Below the pieces are notes generated by a model. It was given only the letters and a program-made list of their open reading frames with translations. It was not told the DNA's origin and did not search any database. From the NCBI GenBank assembly GCA_903813345.2, contig CAIIXF020000001.1, positions 45,570,001 to 45,634,000 of the forward strand: a stretch of 64,000 nt of DNA, in the 5' to 3' direction. Position numbers and translations under genes: made by a program. The stretch is from Owenia fusiformis. Taxonomy: Eukaryota. Positions 38,366 through 51,075 of this stretch are shown here, piece after piece. Each line of letters begins with the position of its first letter. Position 1 is the stretch's first letter.

Positions 38366-38865
38366 NNNNNNNNNNNNNNNNNNNNNNNNNNNNNNNNNNN
38401 NNNNNNNNNNNNNNNNNNNNNNNNNNNNNNNNNNNNNNNNNNNNNNNNNNNNNNNNNNNNNNNNNNNNNNNNNNNNNNNNNNNNNNNNNNNNNNNNNNNN
38501 NNNNNNNNNNNNNNNNNNNNNNNNNNNNNNNNNNNNNNNNNNNNNNNNNNNNNNNNNNNNNNNNNNNNNNNNNNNNNNNNNNNNNNNNNNNNNNNNNNNN
38601 NNNNNNNNNNNNNNNNNNNNNNNNNNNNNNNNNNNNNNNNNNNNNNNNNNNNNNNNNNNNNNNNNNNNNNNNNNNNNNNNNNNNNNNNNNNNNNNNNNNN
38701 NNNNNNNNNNNNNNNNNNNNNNNNNNNNNNNNNNNNNNNNNNNNNNNNNNNNNNNNNNNNNNNNNNNNNNNNNNNNNNNNNNNNNNNNNNNNNNNNNNNN
38801 NNNNNNNNNNNNNNNNNNNNNNNNNNNNNNNNNNNNNNNNNNNNNNNNNNNNNNNNNNNNNNNNN
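38366..38865. other. Assembly gap (500 N)
   Basis: Run of N. Confidence 1.
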
Positions 38866-39352
38866 AATGTCAGGTGTCCTGCATTGTTAAAATCCATGTC
38901 AATGTGAAGAGTAGTTATATGAAATAATTTTGTTACAAAAAATCAGCAAAAAATTATATCTGTTTTTTTTATTTTCAGCCATTAAAGTTAACATTGATTT
39001 GACCATCTGTCTCTCAGTCAGTCCAAAATAGTGGCAAGTTTTAAAACCTCTGTCTGTCAACACTTGGCTCTTTTTAAATCTTCTGTAGATAGGATTCCTG
39101 TTTTAAAATATTTTTGTTCAACATCAATAAAGAAAAAAAACCTGTGACTCTTGCTTCAAAATCTCGCCTATTTTCAAAATGGCCACCATTTTTGTCTCGG
39201 GAATTCACTTTTGGCCCATTTTCTAGCTTTACAAATAAGTTCAGGTGTCCTGCATTGTAAAAAGCCATGTCTTTGTAAAGAGTAGTTGTATGAAATTAAT
39301 AATTTTGTTACAAAAAATCGGCAAAAAATTATATCCGTTTTTTTATTTTCAC
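38866..39352. repeat. ~370-bp-period tandem repeat abutting the gap
   Basis: tcaggtgtcctgcattgt...aaattatatc.gttttttt(t)attttca occurs at about 38870 and about 39241. Confidence 0.65.
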
Positions 39353-39462
39353 TTTTGAGCAACACCATGTGAGTTCAGTACCCACGGTACTAATTTTTTT
39401 ATCGGGTACGATTTTTCAAACGATTGATGTGTGTTCAGGAAAAAATTAGTTAAAATAATTAC

Positions 39463-39790
39463 CGGCAGGAAAGCGGGTTGGTGCCATAGACGTTTGTGGA
39501 GGGACAGATGTTTTTGAGGTTGGAGCTTTCGTTGTTGTGAGTTTCTGGGTTGTCGCCTTTGTCGTTGGTTTCTCAGTCTGCGCCTGTGTTGAACTGGAGT
39601 CAGCAAATGGATCGCAATTCTCTAGAACTAGATACCCAGTCACACCCCCATTTGGCCAGTAGTATTTCAGAACTGATACCATAATTTCAAAGGATTGTTG
39701 CTGTAACTTTCTTTCAACTAGAAAATTCCTTTGAGCGAAGAATTCAAAGCAGTTTCTAGTACATTTCAAATTTTGCATAATTCCATAAAC
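39463..39790 (-). CDS. Exon 3 of a secreted protein (end of CBM2-like module + Thr/Lys/Pro-rich linker)
   Basis: Acceptor gttttccAG|GTTTAT and donor G|GTAATT, phase 0 to 1. Encodes VYGIMQNLKC...ENCDP followed by TEKPTTKATTQKLTTTKAPTSKT. Confidence 0.72.
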
Positions 39791-40180
39791 CTGGAAAACA
39801 TACAAACAAATACACACTCAATTTGTACATAGAATGTTAAAAGTACAAGTAAATAGCCTAGAAATACATTTTCCATCTATTTCGGTCATTTTTCATTTTT
39901 ATCAAATCTTTTCCTCCTTTACCACGAACAAAATTAACATCTCCCTTGATAAACTGTTTTGATCGTAAAACTATTTAATTCAATTTACATTTTGTAATTT
40001 GAATATACCTTCATCCTACACTATGTAAACGGAACACCTGAAGAACATGCTTCTGTAAATATGTTGAATCTCTTTTTTATACTTTTAACTTTGTAAATTA
40101 TGTAATTTAATCTGATGTACACAACTCGGAGGAAATAAAGAAACATAAACACTCGATGCCGTATGTATAAATAGTCTCAC

Positions 40181-40344
40181 CTCTATATTTTTGACAATAA
40201 CGTTGAAATGAATTGCGAACTCATACCCAACATCGAAGTCCGAGACTCCATCAAACCGTCCTTTGAACTTTCGTAAATTTCCCTCGATCCATGAATGGTT
40301 GTTGGCAATAACCATGGGTTTCTTGTTGGGGCAGGATGTGAAGG
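40181..40344 (-). CDS. Exon 2 of the secreted protein
   Basis: Acceptor attgtAG|CC and donor GAG|GTGAGA, phase 1 to 0, consistent with both neighbouring exons. Encodes FTSCPNKKPMVIANNHSWIEG...FKGRF...FAIHFNVIVKNIE. Confidence 0.7.
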
Positions 40345-40657
40345 CTACAATATTTAGATACTAAGCTTACGTTTATTTCAGGTAGAAATGCCTTTCTAAT
40401 TTTACCTAGAATTCGTACTAGTCATTTATACCATTAACTAAACCAAATCATGTTGTTAACGATTCTAGATCGTTGCTTGTTTGTTTGTTTTACATTTTGG
40501 GATCAAATGATTTCAAATCAATATTGATGGGGTCGCGACTGCGAAACAATTATAATCTAAATCCTAATTATTTAAAAACGTAAGAAGATGATGTCTTTAC
40601 TACTGCTCTGTTAACTACTAAAGTATCATATTGCTATTAATTAGTAATTTTACTAAC

Positions 40658-40718
40658 CTGAAAAAACGCATTGAGCAAATATCAAAATACCCAGGATCCG
40701 ATGTGCATGGCCGGCCAT
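40658..40718 (-). CDS. Exon 1 of the secreted protein (signal peptide MAGHAHRILGILIFAQCVFS)
   Basis: ATG at 40718 opens a 61-nt hydrophobic exon with phase-1 donor G|GTTAGT, a typical signal-peptide exon. Confidence 0.68.
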
Positions 40719-41902
40719 CCCGACTGCCCAAAGAAATGTAATTTATTGTTGAACTTGATTTCTTCATATACCTGTTCGACGTACGTTGTATCACTTCATC
40801 GTCGCGTCAACAATTTGCACTTTAATTTGAATTACGTCTGTTTTGTCTAACATGGTAGCACCCAGTTAAACAAATGTCACCAAATATACCGATATAGAAT
40901 CGTATGCAAATGTGCTAGAATATGTAATTAAGATGAAAGTCGGAAATGAGCGAATTGTTGACATGGGATTTGTTCAAATGAATATAACACAGGGACATTT
41001 TGTTTTGGTCACATTTTAAACTTTTAAACTGACCTTATCAAGCGTTCCATCTGAGTGTTTTCGAGTAGTCACGATTTTGCCCGGGTGTACACAAACAATT
41101 TTAAGTACGGCCATGTGCATACAAACCAATATATCACCTGCATTTTCAAAGGCATTGGAGGATTGAAATGTCAAAATAAATGCCATTTTTTGCGTTACCG
41201 TTTGTTAATGTTTACGTTGTCGGCGTAAAATGTTGATTTTTTGTTGAAACCATTTTAATTTTGTTCTGACACGTCGCAAAAAAGTTCGCGCAAGTATTAA
41301 TCACATTTTCGCTTTTCAACACCACAGAATAAAATGTACACATATGGAAATCCTTTCGTCCTCCACATTTTCCTCTATATCTCAAAATATTTAAGGCGAA
41401 TAATTTTGAAATCGTAATGTAGTAACAAAAAATGAGCAAAAAAGGTCGCTGTCGACAGATTCTATTTTTCAAACTATATGACGACACGATATGGGACGCT
41501 TATTAGAATTCATCCTTTGAAATAACACTTCCATCTACCTTTATCAAGACGAAAATAAAGTATAATAGTCAAATATTGTTCGAGTTATGTGCGTTTAAAG
41601 ACAAAAAATTATTCAAATTGTAACGTGTCGACAGCGGATATTTGGCAGATTTTCGGGTAAAAAACTCTTTTTTTAAAAAAGAACGCGCAAGAATTGTGAA
41701 AGAAGTGTACTTGATTTGAAAACTTCATTAAAGCAGCTTTAAAATGATATATAATTTGATTAGAATATTATCTTATATTCCGAAGAATTAAAGTTACATT
41801 CATGCGATACCCTAAAAACACAAGTGCGCCAGCTTTTTGCGACGTGTCTCTCAATATCGAGGACAATCCTAATGAAAAATGCATTTTATTGTGACAGACA
41901 TA

Positions 41903-42407
41903 CGAGGGTTGATCATAAAGTTCTCATAATATCTCTCTAATTTCTTTATTTTTCAATATTTTCCTATGAAATTTTCACAGAATGTGCAGCATGGAATGTT
42001 TTATTAATCCAGCAAAAAATATTTGGAATAACAGAAGCATTAAATAAGAAATGGTTGCCATAGAAACTTGAAATCAAGGCACCCGGGGCAAATAAAAAAC
42101 TAGCTAGAATAGCCCCCATTATTATTCAAGTTAACATTTTAACGTGTTTGGTAATTCATGAGAGTTTATTATGTATGTAAACATGGTTAATTAAGCGCAT
42201 TCTCTCAATTATTTTTATTTGCCCCGGGTGCCTTGATTTCCCGTTACTATGGCAAGCATTTCTTATTCAATATTTCTGTTAAACTAAACATTTTTTGCTG
42301 AATTAATAAGACATTCTATGCTGGACATTCGGTGAAAATTTCATTAGAATATATTGAAAAATAAAGAAATTAGAGAGATATTATGAGAACTTTATGATCA
42401 ACCCTCG
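41903..42407. mobile_element. mariner-type MITE with ~200-bp TIRs
   Basis: TA-cgagggttgatcataaagttctcataatatctctc.../...gagagatattatgagaactttatgatcaaccctcg-TA. Confidence 0.88.
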
Positions 42408-42695
42408 TATACACTGTGATATCATGTATCATGTGTACAGTGTATATAAATGTATGTCTAATAAAGAATCTACACTATTAAAAATAGTGTACAAAATATC
42501 CTGTATAATGGTTATTTCTTATAATTATAAATAACTAGATCATCAGTGCTGTTTTCCGCGGCGCGGCCCCATCTATGACCCTTTTAACTTGCCAACTATA
42601 AAAAATTATCTATTGCTTGAATTCGTGAATGCAAATAACGGCTAGCGGCTACCGGAATAACCTACTACTTTACTCAAATGCTGCTGCACTGGATA

Positions 42696-42868
42696 CCGGT
42701 GTAAAAGGGTAGGAGGTCCTATCAAATTATAGTCCTACTTTCCATTGATTTATATTGTGACCTAAATACAACTCTTTCCCTTATTATCGTATCCACAATC
42801 AGGGCCAGTAAGGGCCTTTAAGAAAGGGGACCATAATCCCCAGGGGACCATAATTCCTTTTACACCGG
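42696..42868. mobile_element. Small TIR element
   Basis: 13-bp TIR ccggtgtaaaagg/ccttttacaccgg with an internal gggaccataat duplication. The TSD is unclear. Confidence 0.5.
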
Positions 42869-43893
42869 ATTAACCTACTTTTTAATGACCAAGTCATTTG
42901 AATATGAATGGAATAGTAGCATGTACATTGTACTATACATATTTAAATGAGTTGGCAATAAAATAGTAAGTTCATCCGGTAGCCGACAGGCGTTAGTTCG
43001 CGAATACAAGGTTAGCTTGTAAATAAGATGCTGAAATGGGATATATTTGACAGTTTTTAACATATTGTAAAAAAGATGCTGAAATGATATATTTGACAGT
43101 TTTTAACATACTTTAAACTCCCAAACTCCCATGAAGTGTCTCTGAAGAGATAATTGAAGACTAGAGATAATTGAAGACTAGCACTGCCACGGAGTTTGTT
43201 AAACTTTGACTCAAAAATGATGAAAATTCGCTGACTCACCACTTTTGAGACTGATTTGCAACCTGATCCACACATAAAAAAATTATCACGCTTAAAGTCC
43301 CCCGTCTAATGTTTGAAAATATGTTTTTATCATTCATTTACTGAAAACGTGTGACCATGTCATTTGCAACTCAGGGCATAGTTTTTTCATGATACCCAAT
43401 ACGGGAGAAAACGGCTAAATATTATGCAATAGTACATGCGCCGCGGGTGGACTTCCCCGATAGACTAGTCTAGTCCGAATTTGAAATGTTTATAGAAAAC
43501 TGGCTATCGAGGATTTGAAGTCTGTCATTGGGATTTTGTTTTAAAGCATGAGTATCAAAAACAACAATAATTCATTATTTAATGTTGTCTACATGCAATG
43601 ACATTTATCTTACAGATGAAAGATTTTTCTTCAAAATGAGACCCTGATCATTATAAAATTCGGACCAATGCCAAATTCAATCATACCTTTTTTTACTTAT
43701 AGTTCCCAGAAAAATTGAAGCGTTATCCTCCTTCTTATCATATACATATTGACTCAGATCTGACATAAGCAACTCATAGAGTTAGAGGATGGTTGTTGAC
43801 CGTAAACCTATAACAAAACAAAACGTCACGTTCGGTAGTTGGCTGCAACATATTTGCCGAACTGCATCATGGGACAGGTGCTCGAAATTCAAA

Positions 43894-44145
43894 ATGGCAG
43901 ATCCGACAAAAATTAAATTCGAACAAAATTGCCTTAAAAGTGGCATCATAGAGCCTCAAATCCGCAATGTATCGGTTAAAATAAAGGACAAAGATGCAAA
44001 GAATGAGCTCAATCTAAATAAAACATTCGATTGCGGACCTGTTTCTCTCAGGAATGACCTTCAAGAAGCCATTGATAATTCACAAAAAGAATTTTTCAAA
44101 AATCGAAAAGTGATCATCAAAAATGTCCCTCCTGTTACTTATAAT
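43894..44145 (+). CDS. RAVER: Raver exon 1
   Basis: aaaATGG start, ...NRKVIIKNVPPVTYN|GTAAGT. Confidence 0.85.
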
Positions 44146-45280
44146 GTAAGTACAAAGATAGATTTATATCATGTTTTATTACAACAACATAATGCTGATT
44201 TAGATATTAACTGCTCTTCGTGTTTTCTTCTATCATTACCAAAACTTCACTTGGGAATTCGACTAAGTCAATTCAAAATCAAATTGAAAGTTTCATTGAA
44301 ACTCATTGCCATTTTTCAAGTTCTGAGCTGAATTTCATAATTTTAATTTTTAATGCTATAGCTTACAGTGCTAGCCATAATCATGATCTTTCAAGAGTCT
44401 GTTGAAATTAGCTACAGTTTTCAAACTAAATAGAGTTACCCGTGCCAGGACTATAGTCGTGAGAATGTTTCAATCTTTTGCCTGTATGACTACAACATGG
44501 CAGAACGGAAACATTTTTCTTTTTCATCAAGAGAGATTCCATCACTTTTCAAGATGGCGGTTGGATTTAAAAGGGAATTTCCTTACTAACTTCGAGAGCC
44601 ATGTTAGATTTTGAAACTTATGGCTCTCAAATGGGGAAGTGGACATCTGATCAATAGTGACCTTTTAAATCGAATTAAGTCGATCAGCGGCCTACTTTTG
44701 TTCTCTAACTATGTTATACATCATTATCATCCTTCCGTGCAAGTATTGGATCGCTGAATTACTTCCTTTTCGATCAAGACTTGTAATTGTTAGTCGAGTG
44801 AATGTTTTTATTGCCAAATTTCAATATGGCGTTTTCTGCTCGGACAATTCCGTGAATCTCCGGAGGTTGCCCAAACCTAAATCATTCTCAAAATTCATTG
44901 CGTATCTCGCTCCTAGCAAACCGAGGTATATAAAGGCATTAGGCAATTATTACTCCTGAGCACTTTCCAATAAATCTTACCACAATAAACAAACTTGTGG
45001 AGCTCAAACTCAGACAAATGCGTCATGCATACACTGGTATGAAGCCTTGGAGACACATTTCGATAAATATGATTTACGGGGTATACTTTTCTGCAGTATT
45101 GGGAGAGTTTGGGACATTAAATGTTAAGATTCAAGAAAATGACTTATCAATTATCTTTGGCTAGAGCTGTAGGCCTAAACTCATGCATTATCTACCTTTT
45201 ATCCTAATTATGTCCTATTATGTCAGATTACACAGCCATGTTAATTGCCTGATTCGTCAATGCATGCTAGGCCTACCAAG

Positions 45281-45326
45281 ACCAGGACCTTCTGAATGAA
45301 AGTGTGATGCTCTACCGCTAAGCCAA
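45281..45326 (-). mobile_element. tRNA-derived SINE head / tRNA-like fragment
   Basis: The minus strand reads tggcttagcggtagagc (A-box-like)...aaggtcctgg. The B box and 3' half are missing. Confidence 0.35.
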
Positions 45327-45450
45327 AGAGACTTAAGTCACCACAGCTGAGCTGTAGTAGCATCTTACTATCCAAGGGCTGTTACATAGTTGCACCAACC
45401 TCTCACAATGTATTCAGTGTTATGGTGAGAGTTTTCATTTTCTTTTCTAG

Positions 45451-45517
45451 GAGGTCAAATGCTTTATGGGGAATTATGCTGTGGCGAACATTGCAATCAG
45501 TAAGAAGGCTAGACATG
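45451..45517 (+). CDS. RAVER: Raver exon 2
   Basis: ttttctAG|GAG...G|GTAAGT, phase 0 to 1. Confidence 0.85.
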
Positions 45518-46446
45518 GTAAGTAGGACCTGGCGGTTAATCTAATTTTTGTATGTCTTCATACATTATAGGGTTGTTTTACAATCATACCATATTCTCTG
45601 TAATTACCCCTCAGGGCGCTTAGAAAATTGAAAATGCATCCCTCAGACCTTCCTTCTAATAAGCAGCCATATAATGTAACAAGTTTAAAATCCTGGGAAT
45701 TTCACTTTTGACAAAGTAACAGCATATTTTTACAATAATGATATGACAGTATTTGTTATTGGAGAGATTACGGTAAAGACTGCTAAAATAAAGCAAAGAT
45801 CTTGCAAGAATATAACTAGACAATATTGACAGTGATTGAAGAAATCCCCAGCAGAGCCCCTCAGATCGAAGGCATTGTTTTCCCAGATTATCTTCAATAT
45901 TTGCACTAGAGATGGTTGGATATCAATCTAAAGTTATACCTTATCTTTTTAATTTGATAATAGATCATCACTTTTCATGTAAAAGTCTAGAAATTTTAAA
46001 AAGAAACGAGAAAACTCATGAAAAGCCCATGTTTCCTTGCAGAAGTTTTCTGGGATAAATGACGAAACAAAATTCTTAAACTTGAACATTTTCTTCATTC
46101 ATTTTTGATTATTGGGTTATAAGATTAGTTTAGTGTGATGTGAGAAGCACCCAATGATAGATATTTATCGAGAGGATGCATCAAATTACAAAATGTGTTA
46201 CATTTACTGCAGTTTAGTGTACTCTATTATCACCCATTTGATTCATCAGAATTCCAATCTTTTTCTCATGTTTTCACTATTCCTTGTTCATTTCCTTATA
46301 TTTTTTTAACTTTGTGAAGCGGGGTGGGTGGTAAATACAGCAATTACAGTAAGTGTTTTTATTTTACCTAAGTCGTCTATAATTTCTCAAAAATTGGAAC
46401 ATTCCTATGTGAAATAACTTGTAACACTTCATAAATTCTGTTTCAG

Positions 46447-46668
46447 CAATTGTGAACTTACTTCACGGTGAGGAAGCAGAGGAGGTTGAAAAAGTGCTAG
46501 ATGGGCAAAAGCTGCTCGGAATGGAGGTCTCTGTATCACTATATCCTCATGAAAGATTGCTATGTGTGGCCCACCTGCCTTCAAATATGTCAGATTCAGA
46601 ATTCAGGACAACTATGTTAGAATATGGAAGCATTGAGAGATGTTTTATCATGCGCAGTTCAATTACAG
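46447..46668 (+). CDS. RAVER: Raver exon 3 (RRM1/RRM2)
   Basis: Encodes LLCVAHLP...YGSIERCF; AG/GT flanks, phase 1 to 1. Confidence 0.9.
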
Positions 46669-47034
46669 GTTTGTGTGCTTTGTATTGATTGGTTTGCATA
46701 ATTGACTTGATTCTTTTCTCTTAGGCTATTCTTTTAACTTTCTATAGTATATGCCTCAGTATATACAACTGTATGTCATCAGTATGTATGTTAGTTTTTT
46801 AACTTTAATCATGGCTTGCTTAGACCTTGTGAGTGAAACTATAACATTATAATTTCTTATCATGAGCTTGATGCAGTACTACGGTATGAAATAAAAATAC
46901 AGTATGCTCATGTTCAACCCAAAAACATCCACGGCTACACAATAGACAGAAAGAGTGGACTTTGTCTTTATGAAAAACAAGCTTGATTCAATTATGATTT
47001 AAAAGCATATGCTCTTACTTGTAAATATTTTCAG

Positions 47035-47285
47035 GGTTGCCTAAGGGGTACGGATTTGTAGAGTTCACTCACAACAAAGAACACACGGAAAGAGTCCAGC
47101 AAATTCTTGATGATAAACGTTATGGCTCATGTATAACATCATGTAACTTCTTGAAAGAGCGAGTGCTAACTTACAAAGATCTCCACTCCAAGTGTTTGCT
47201 GGTTGACCATCTGCCCCCTGGTTATAATAACTTCAGCAGGCTGAAGAATCTGATGAACCAGTTTGCTCAACCGATATATACACAG
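47035..47285 (+). CDS. RAVER: Raver exon 4 (RNP1 KGYGFVEF; LHSKCLLVDHLP)
   Basis: AG/GT flanks and Raver-typical motifs. Confidence 0.92.
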
Positions 47286-48117
47286 GTATTTTGGCAATTC
47301 TTATGTTCATGATTTCATAAGATGGCAAACCAAACCATTGCATTTTTCTTAGTCATATCTTCAATACGTTAGCATCATTCTGTAAGCACAGTACTAGAAT
47401 ATATTACTTTTTGTCGCATAATTGAGGTCAAATCTGTAGAATAACGCAGATATATATTTATGATATTTTGCAAATGCATGGAAAAAAGTGATATCTGTGG
47501 AATACGGAGAATATTCCACAGATATGACTTTTTCCAAGGATTTGAAAACTCCCGCCAATGTGACGTGCATTGTTATATGGTTACATGGAAATGAAATGAT
47601 AAATGCTTTGGCTATAGATCAGATGACAAAATTAAACTGAATGTTGTATTAAAATGCTTTGGAAGGTAAGCTATGGGATGATTTGACCTCAACTATGGGA
47701 TAAATAGAACATCCTATGATTTTTTCGTGATATTATTTTAATCCACTCGCTGATATCAATATCTGCACTCATTCGCTACGCTTGATTTCAACTCGTTGAT
47801 AAAAATGATATCTCTCAAAATCATTAGTATATCCTATACATACATATACATGAAATTATACTAAACTTTAGTTCTCCTAATTTTTTCAAAATGAGTTTTT
47901 GAAAAAGCTGCTATTGAAACAGTGATAAAATTAGACATGTGTATAACAATTAAGATTTTAGTGGGTGGGTGTGAACGGAATGGTACAACTTGTATTGACA
48001 GAGTTGTGGTATCACCTCTCACAATCCTCAGTAGTGCCTTATGGATGGCGTTTTCGAAACTATACACTTATAGTGATATTTTTGAATCACATGCTGAGTT
48101 GTTTTCATTTGTTTCAG

Positions 48118-48223
48118 TGTGCAGTAAAGAATGGTGTACCATTAGGATTTGCTGTATTCGAGTACAAAACTCCTGAAGAAGCTGAGCAGACACAGAGACA
48201 TAATAATGGATACACAATAATTG
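48118..48223 (+). CDS. RAVER: Raver exon 5 (RRM3 GFAVFEY)
   Basis: AG/GT flanks, phase 0 to 1. Confidence 0.9.
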
Positions 48224-48618
48224 GTAAATCAAATACCCTATCCTATACCTACTGATGTCCCTGTAGACTCCCGGCCTTGGGAGATACACATATTTCCATG
48301 AGGATAAACCCTGTATCCAAAACCTCCCAGTATATAACCCCCTATGTGCCCTTCAATTTCATTTATTTCAAATGAAGGTACATTAAGAGTACAATTTTCT
48401 CCTGTGAGTTTTTTTCTCGAGTGAGGACGAAATTTTCAAATTTTCTCATTTTGAAGGGGGTGCAAATGGATGATCATGTAACCAGGTATTTGCACATGAT
48501 GTTAAGTTGGTACAGTGCCTTTTTGTTTCAATTCTAGGAAATCATACAATTAAGTAGTGTTTCTAGAATTGTGATAAAAACTTCATGACATAGTAAGAAT
48601 ATTATCCTTTATTTACAG

Positions 48619-48701
48619 GACAAAACAAAATCCGAGTGACATTCTGTATTCCTGGCTATGGGGCACCCGAATTACATAACATGAAAATGGTTAAAGCAAC
48701 G
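48619..48701 (+). CDS. RAVER: Raver exon 6 (IRVTFCIPG)
   Basis: AG/GT flanks, phase 1 to 0. Confidence 0.88.
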
Positions 48702-48996
48702 GTAAGGAAGAATTTAAAGTTACAAACATTGTAAGCACAACTGCCAAAACGGAAGACCAATGAGCCCTACAAATCATGACACTCTCAATATTCTCTGTAA
48801 ATACAATCTTCACATGAAGCAACAATACATCATATATCAATTTTAGTGAAAATGTTAGAGGCATCTCCAATCTTTCTGTTTTGATTGCCTTGTTCTTGTG
48901 ATTTTTCAGTGCAAGGCATATGCTTGTTATACTGATCGCTGTTGACATTTTAAGTACTTAAAATGATTCTGTAGTTGGCATGTTCTCATCTTTCAG

Positions 48997-49111
48997 GGTC
49001 AAAAAGTGAAGCAAGGACTCTTACCTAGACCTGTATCTGGTGTGAACCCCATGTTCCTGTCTAACCCTATCAACCCCATTATACAGGCAGCCATGGCCCA
49101 GAACCCCACAT
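48997..49111 (+). CDS. RAVER: Raver exon 7 (GLLPRP)
   Basis: AG/GT flanks, phase 0 to 1. Confidence 0.85.
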
Positions 49112-49695
49112 GTAAGAAATGTTAGCCCATATGATCGATTTCATGATTTGTGATATGATTTTTGCAGTTTTTTGGTAATTAAATAGCCAAGTACCATTCG
49201 CCCACTTAATAAACTAATTTTTTGTGGAAATCTATGTAAAACCTGTGAGACTTTGTTGAATTTAAAGAAAGCTACTTCTGAAGTATAATCGCTGTACTTC
49301 CTTCAGTATAACAGATATCTGACCTTTAATCAAATTCACTCACAAGTAAAGCACTGATTTCATTGAAATACATATTTTAATTTTTGTATGTACCGATGCA
49401 ATTTTCCTTATTCAAAGTCACACATGTTTTGAGAGTTTAAATAAATAACAAATTATTATTCTCTGTGGAACACAAAAAATGATTGAACTATATTTTCACT
49501 GGAAGTACGAGTATGTATCATGCTTTTATATCATCATTCAATGAATGTCAACTTAATTTGCATCACTGATTTGCATATTGGCATAATACACATCACTTCA
49601 AAACTATGAAGTATTACATGGACAGATAAAAAGGTTGCAAAAATCAGTTATTTTACCACAATGTTATAATCAAAATTTCATTTGTTTTGTTTTAG

Positions 49696-49764
49696 TAATG
49701 CCAAACTTCCAAACTGTATTGCAACAATTACAAAGTATAAACCAAACTGCTGGGGTACAACATG
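49696..49764 (+). CDS. RAVER: Raver exon 8
   Basis: ttttAG|TA...G|GTGAGT, phase 1 to 1. Confidence 0.82.
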
Positions 49765-49867
49765 GTGAGTATATTACTCAATATTATCCATTTCTGCAAT
49801 TTCTGATTCTTTTCATTATTTGATGTTATCACATGGCCATTTTGAATTACTATTATCTCTCACCCAG

Positions 49868-49959
49868 GTCTAATAGGAGTAGGGGGAAGTGACCCAATGT
49901 ATCTGCAACTTGTTGCACTCTTGATGGCAGCTCAGATGCAACAGCCCAACCAGAATATG
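49868..49959 (+). CDS. RAVER: Raver exon 9
   Basis: cccAG|GT...ATG|GTGAGT, phase 1 to 0. Confidence 0.82.
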
Positions 49960-49967
49960 GTGAGTAT

Positions 49968-50262
49968 GTGTGATTCTGAGTACACTTTGTGATTGTCAGT
50001 ACACTTTGTGATTGTCAGTACAGTGTGATTGTCGGTACACTTTGTGATTGTCAGTACACTTTGCGATTGTCAGTACACTTTGCGATTGTCAGAGTACAGT
50101 GTGATTGTCGGTACACTTTGTGGTTGTCAGTACAATGTGTGTTTGTCGTTACAATAAGTGAATGTGAGTTGAATAATGTTATCTGATTGCAAGTACAATG
50201 TGTGATTGTCAGTACAATGTTTGATTGTTAGTACAGTGTGTGATTGTTAGTGAAGTGTGTGA
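49968..50262. repeat. ~17-19-bp minisatellite (gtgattgtcagtacacttt)n in Raver intron 9
   Basis: More than 10 diverged tandem units starting just after the donor site. Confidence 0.85.
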
Positions 50263-50573
50263 TATTACAATTACAGTTATAGTTAGTCTCATGCTTCATG
50301 ACTGATATAATAACAATAGAAAAAATTATGATTCCATGATTTATGGTCCCCCTTCAATATGGTATCTACTGTCCCATCACTTTGGCATCCATGTTTTAGT
50401 CTCTGTCAATGTGATGCCGCTTGCCTAAGGGCACAAATGTTTTGTCGTCACGACTGGTAAATCAAACATAGACTTAGGTATACTCCATAGTGTTCATTAT
50501 ATCATCAAAATTTATTTTAGAATTCTTTTATAATAAATGTTGACATATGAACAGCTTTATTTGTACCTTTCAG

Positions 50574-50657
50574 ATTGGAAATTGCAATGATCCACAGATC
50601 TTACAGAAAATTCTCAGTCTACAACAGAGTCTTAGTCAACACAATCAACACAATGTG
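50574..50657 (+). CDS. RAVER: Raver exon 10
   Basis: tttcAG|ATT...GTG|GTAAGT, phase 0 to 0. Confidence 0.82.
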
Positions 50658-51075
50658 GTAAGTTAACTTTGGACTGATATGTTTGCATCTCCAAATAAAA
50701 AGATCATTGTCTATTTTACTGCAGTCATTTCTGAACTCAGGTACCAGCATTCTCAACTCTTGAGCTGTATGAATAATTTGAATGTGAGTGTTATATCCAT
50801 TTCCAATTTACCACAAATCTTATTAACTCTTTAAGTACAGATATACAAGTCAACACTTTCCAATCATTTTGATCATAAATTTGTTTGAGCCATTAGAAAA
50901 TAATATCCCCTTGTGTATTATGATTTGTATGTCTTCAGCAAGAAGTTGTGACATATCATTGTGGGTGTTAATTCTTTGTAAAGGGCGTTCAGCAATAATT
51001 CTTAAATTTTCCAATGGAATTCCAATTATTCCCCATCACACTAGCAAGCATATATGGGAGTTTGGCTACTTTCAG

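Noticed and set aside
40009..40053. Possible extra small exon of the secreted gene
   Set aside because: It reads into TGA in the required phase, and exons 2 and 3 join in frame without it.
43789..43893. Upstream in-frame ATG extension of Raver exon 1
   Set aside because: ATG 43894 has the better context (aaaATGG); the extension cannot be excluded but has no support.
45281..45326. Functional tRNA gene
   Set aside because: Only the A-box/D-arm-like half is present, with no T-arm or acceptor stem.
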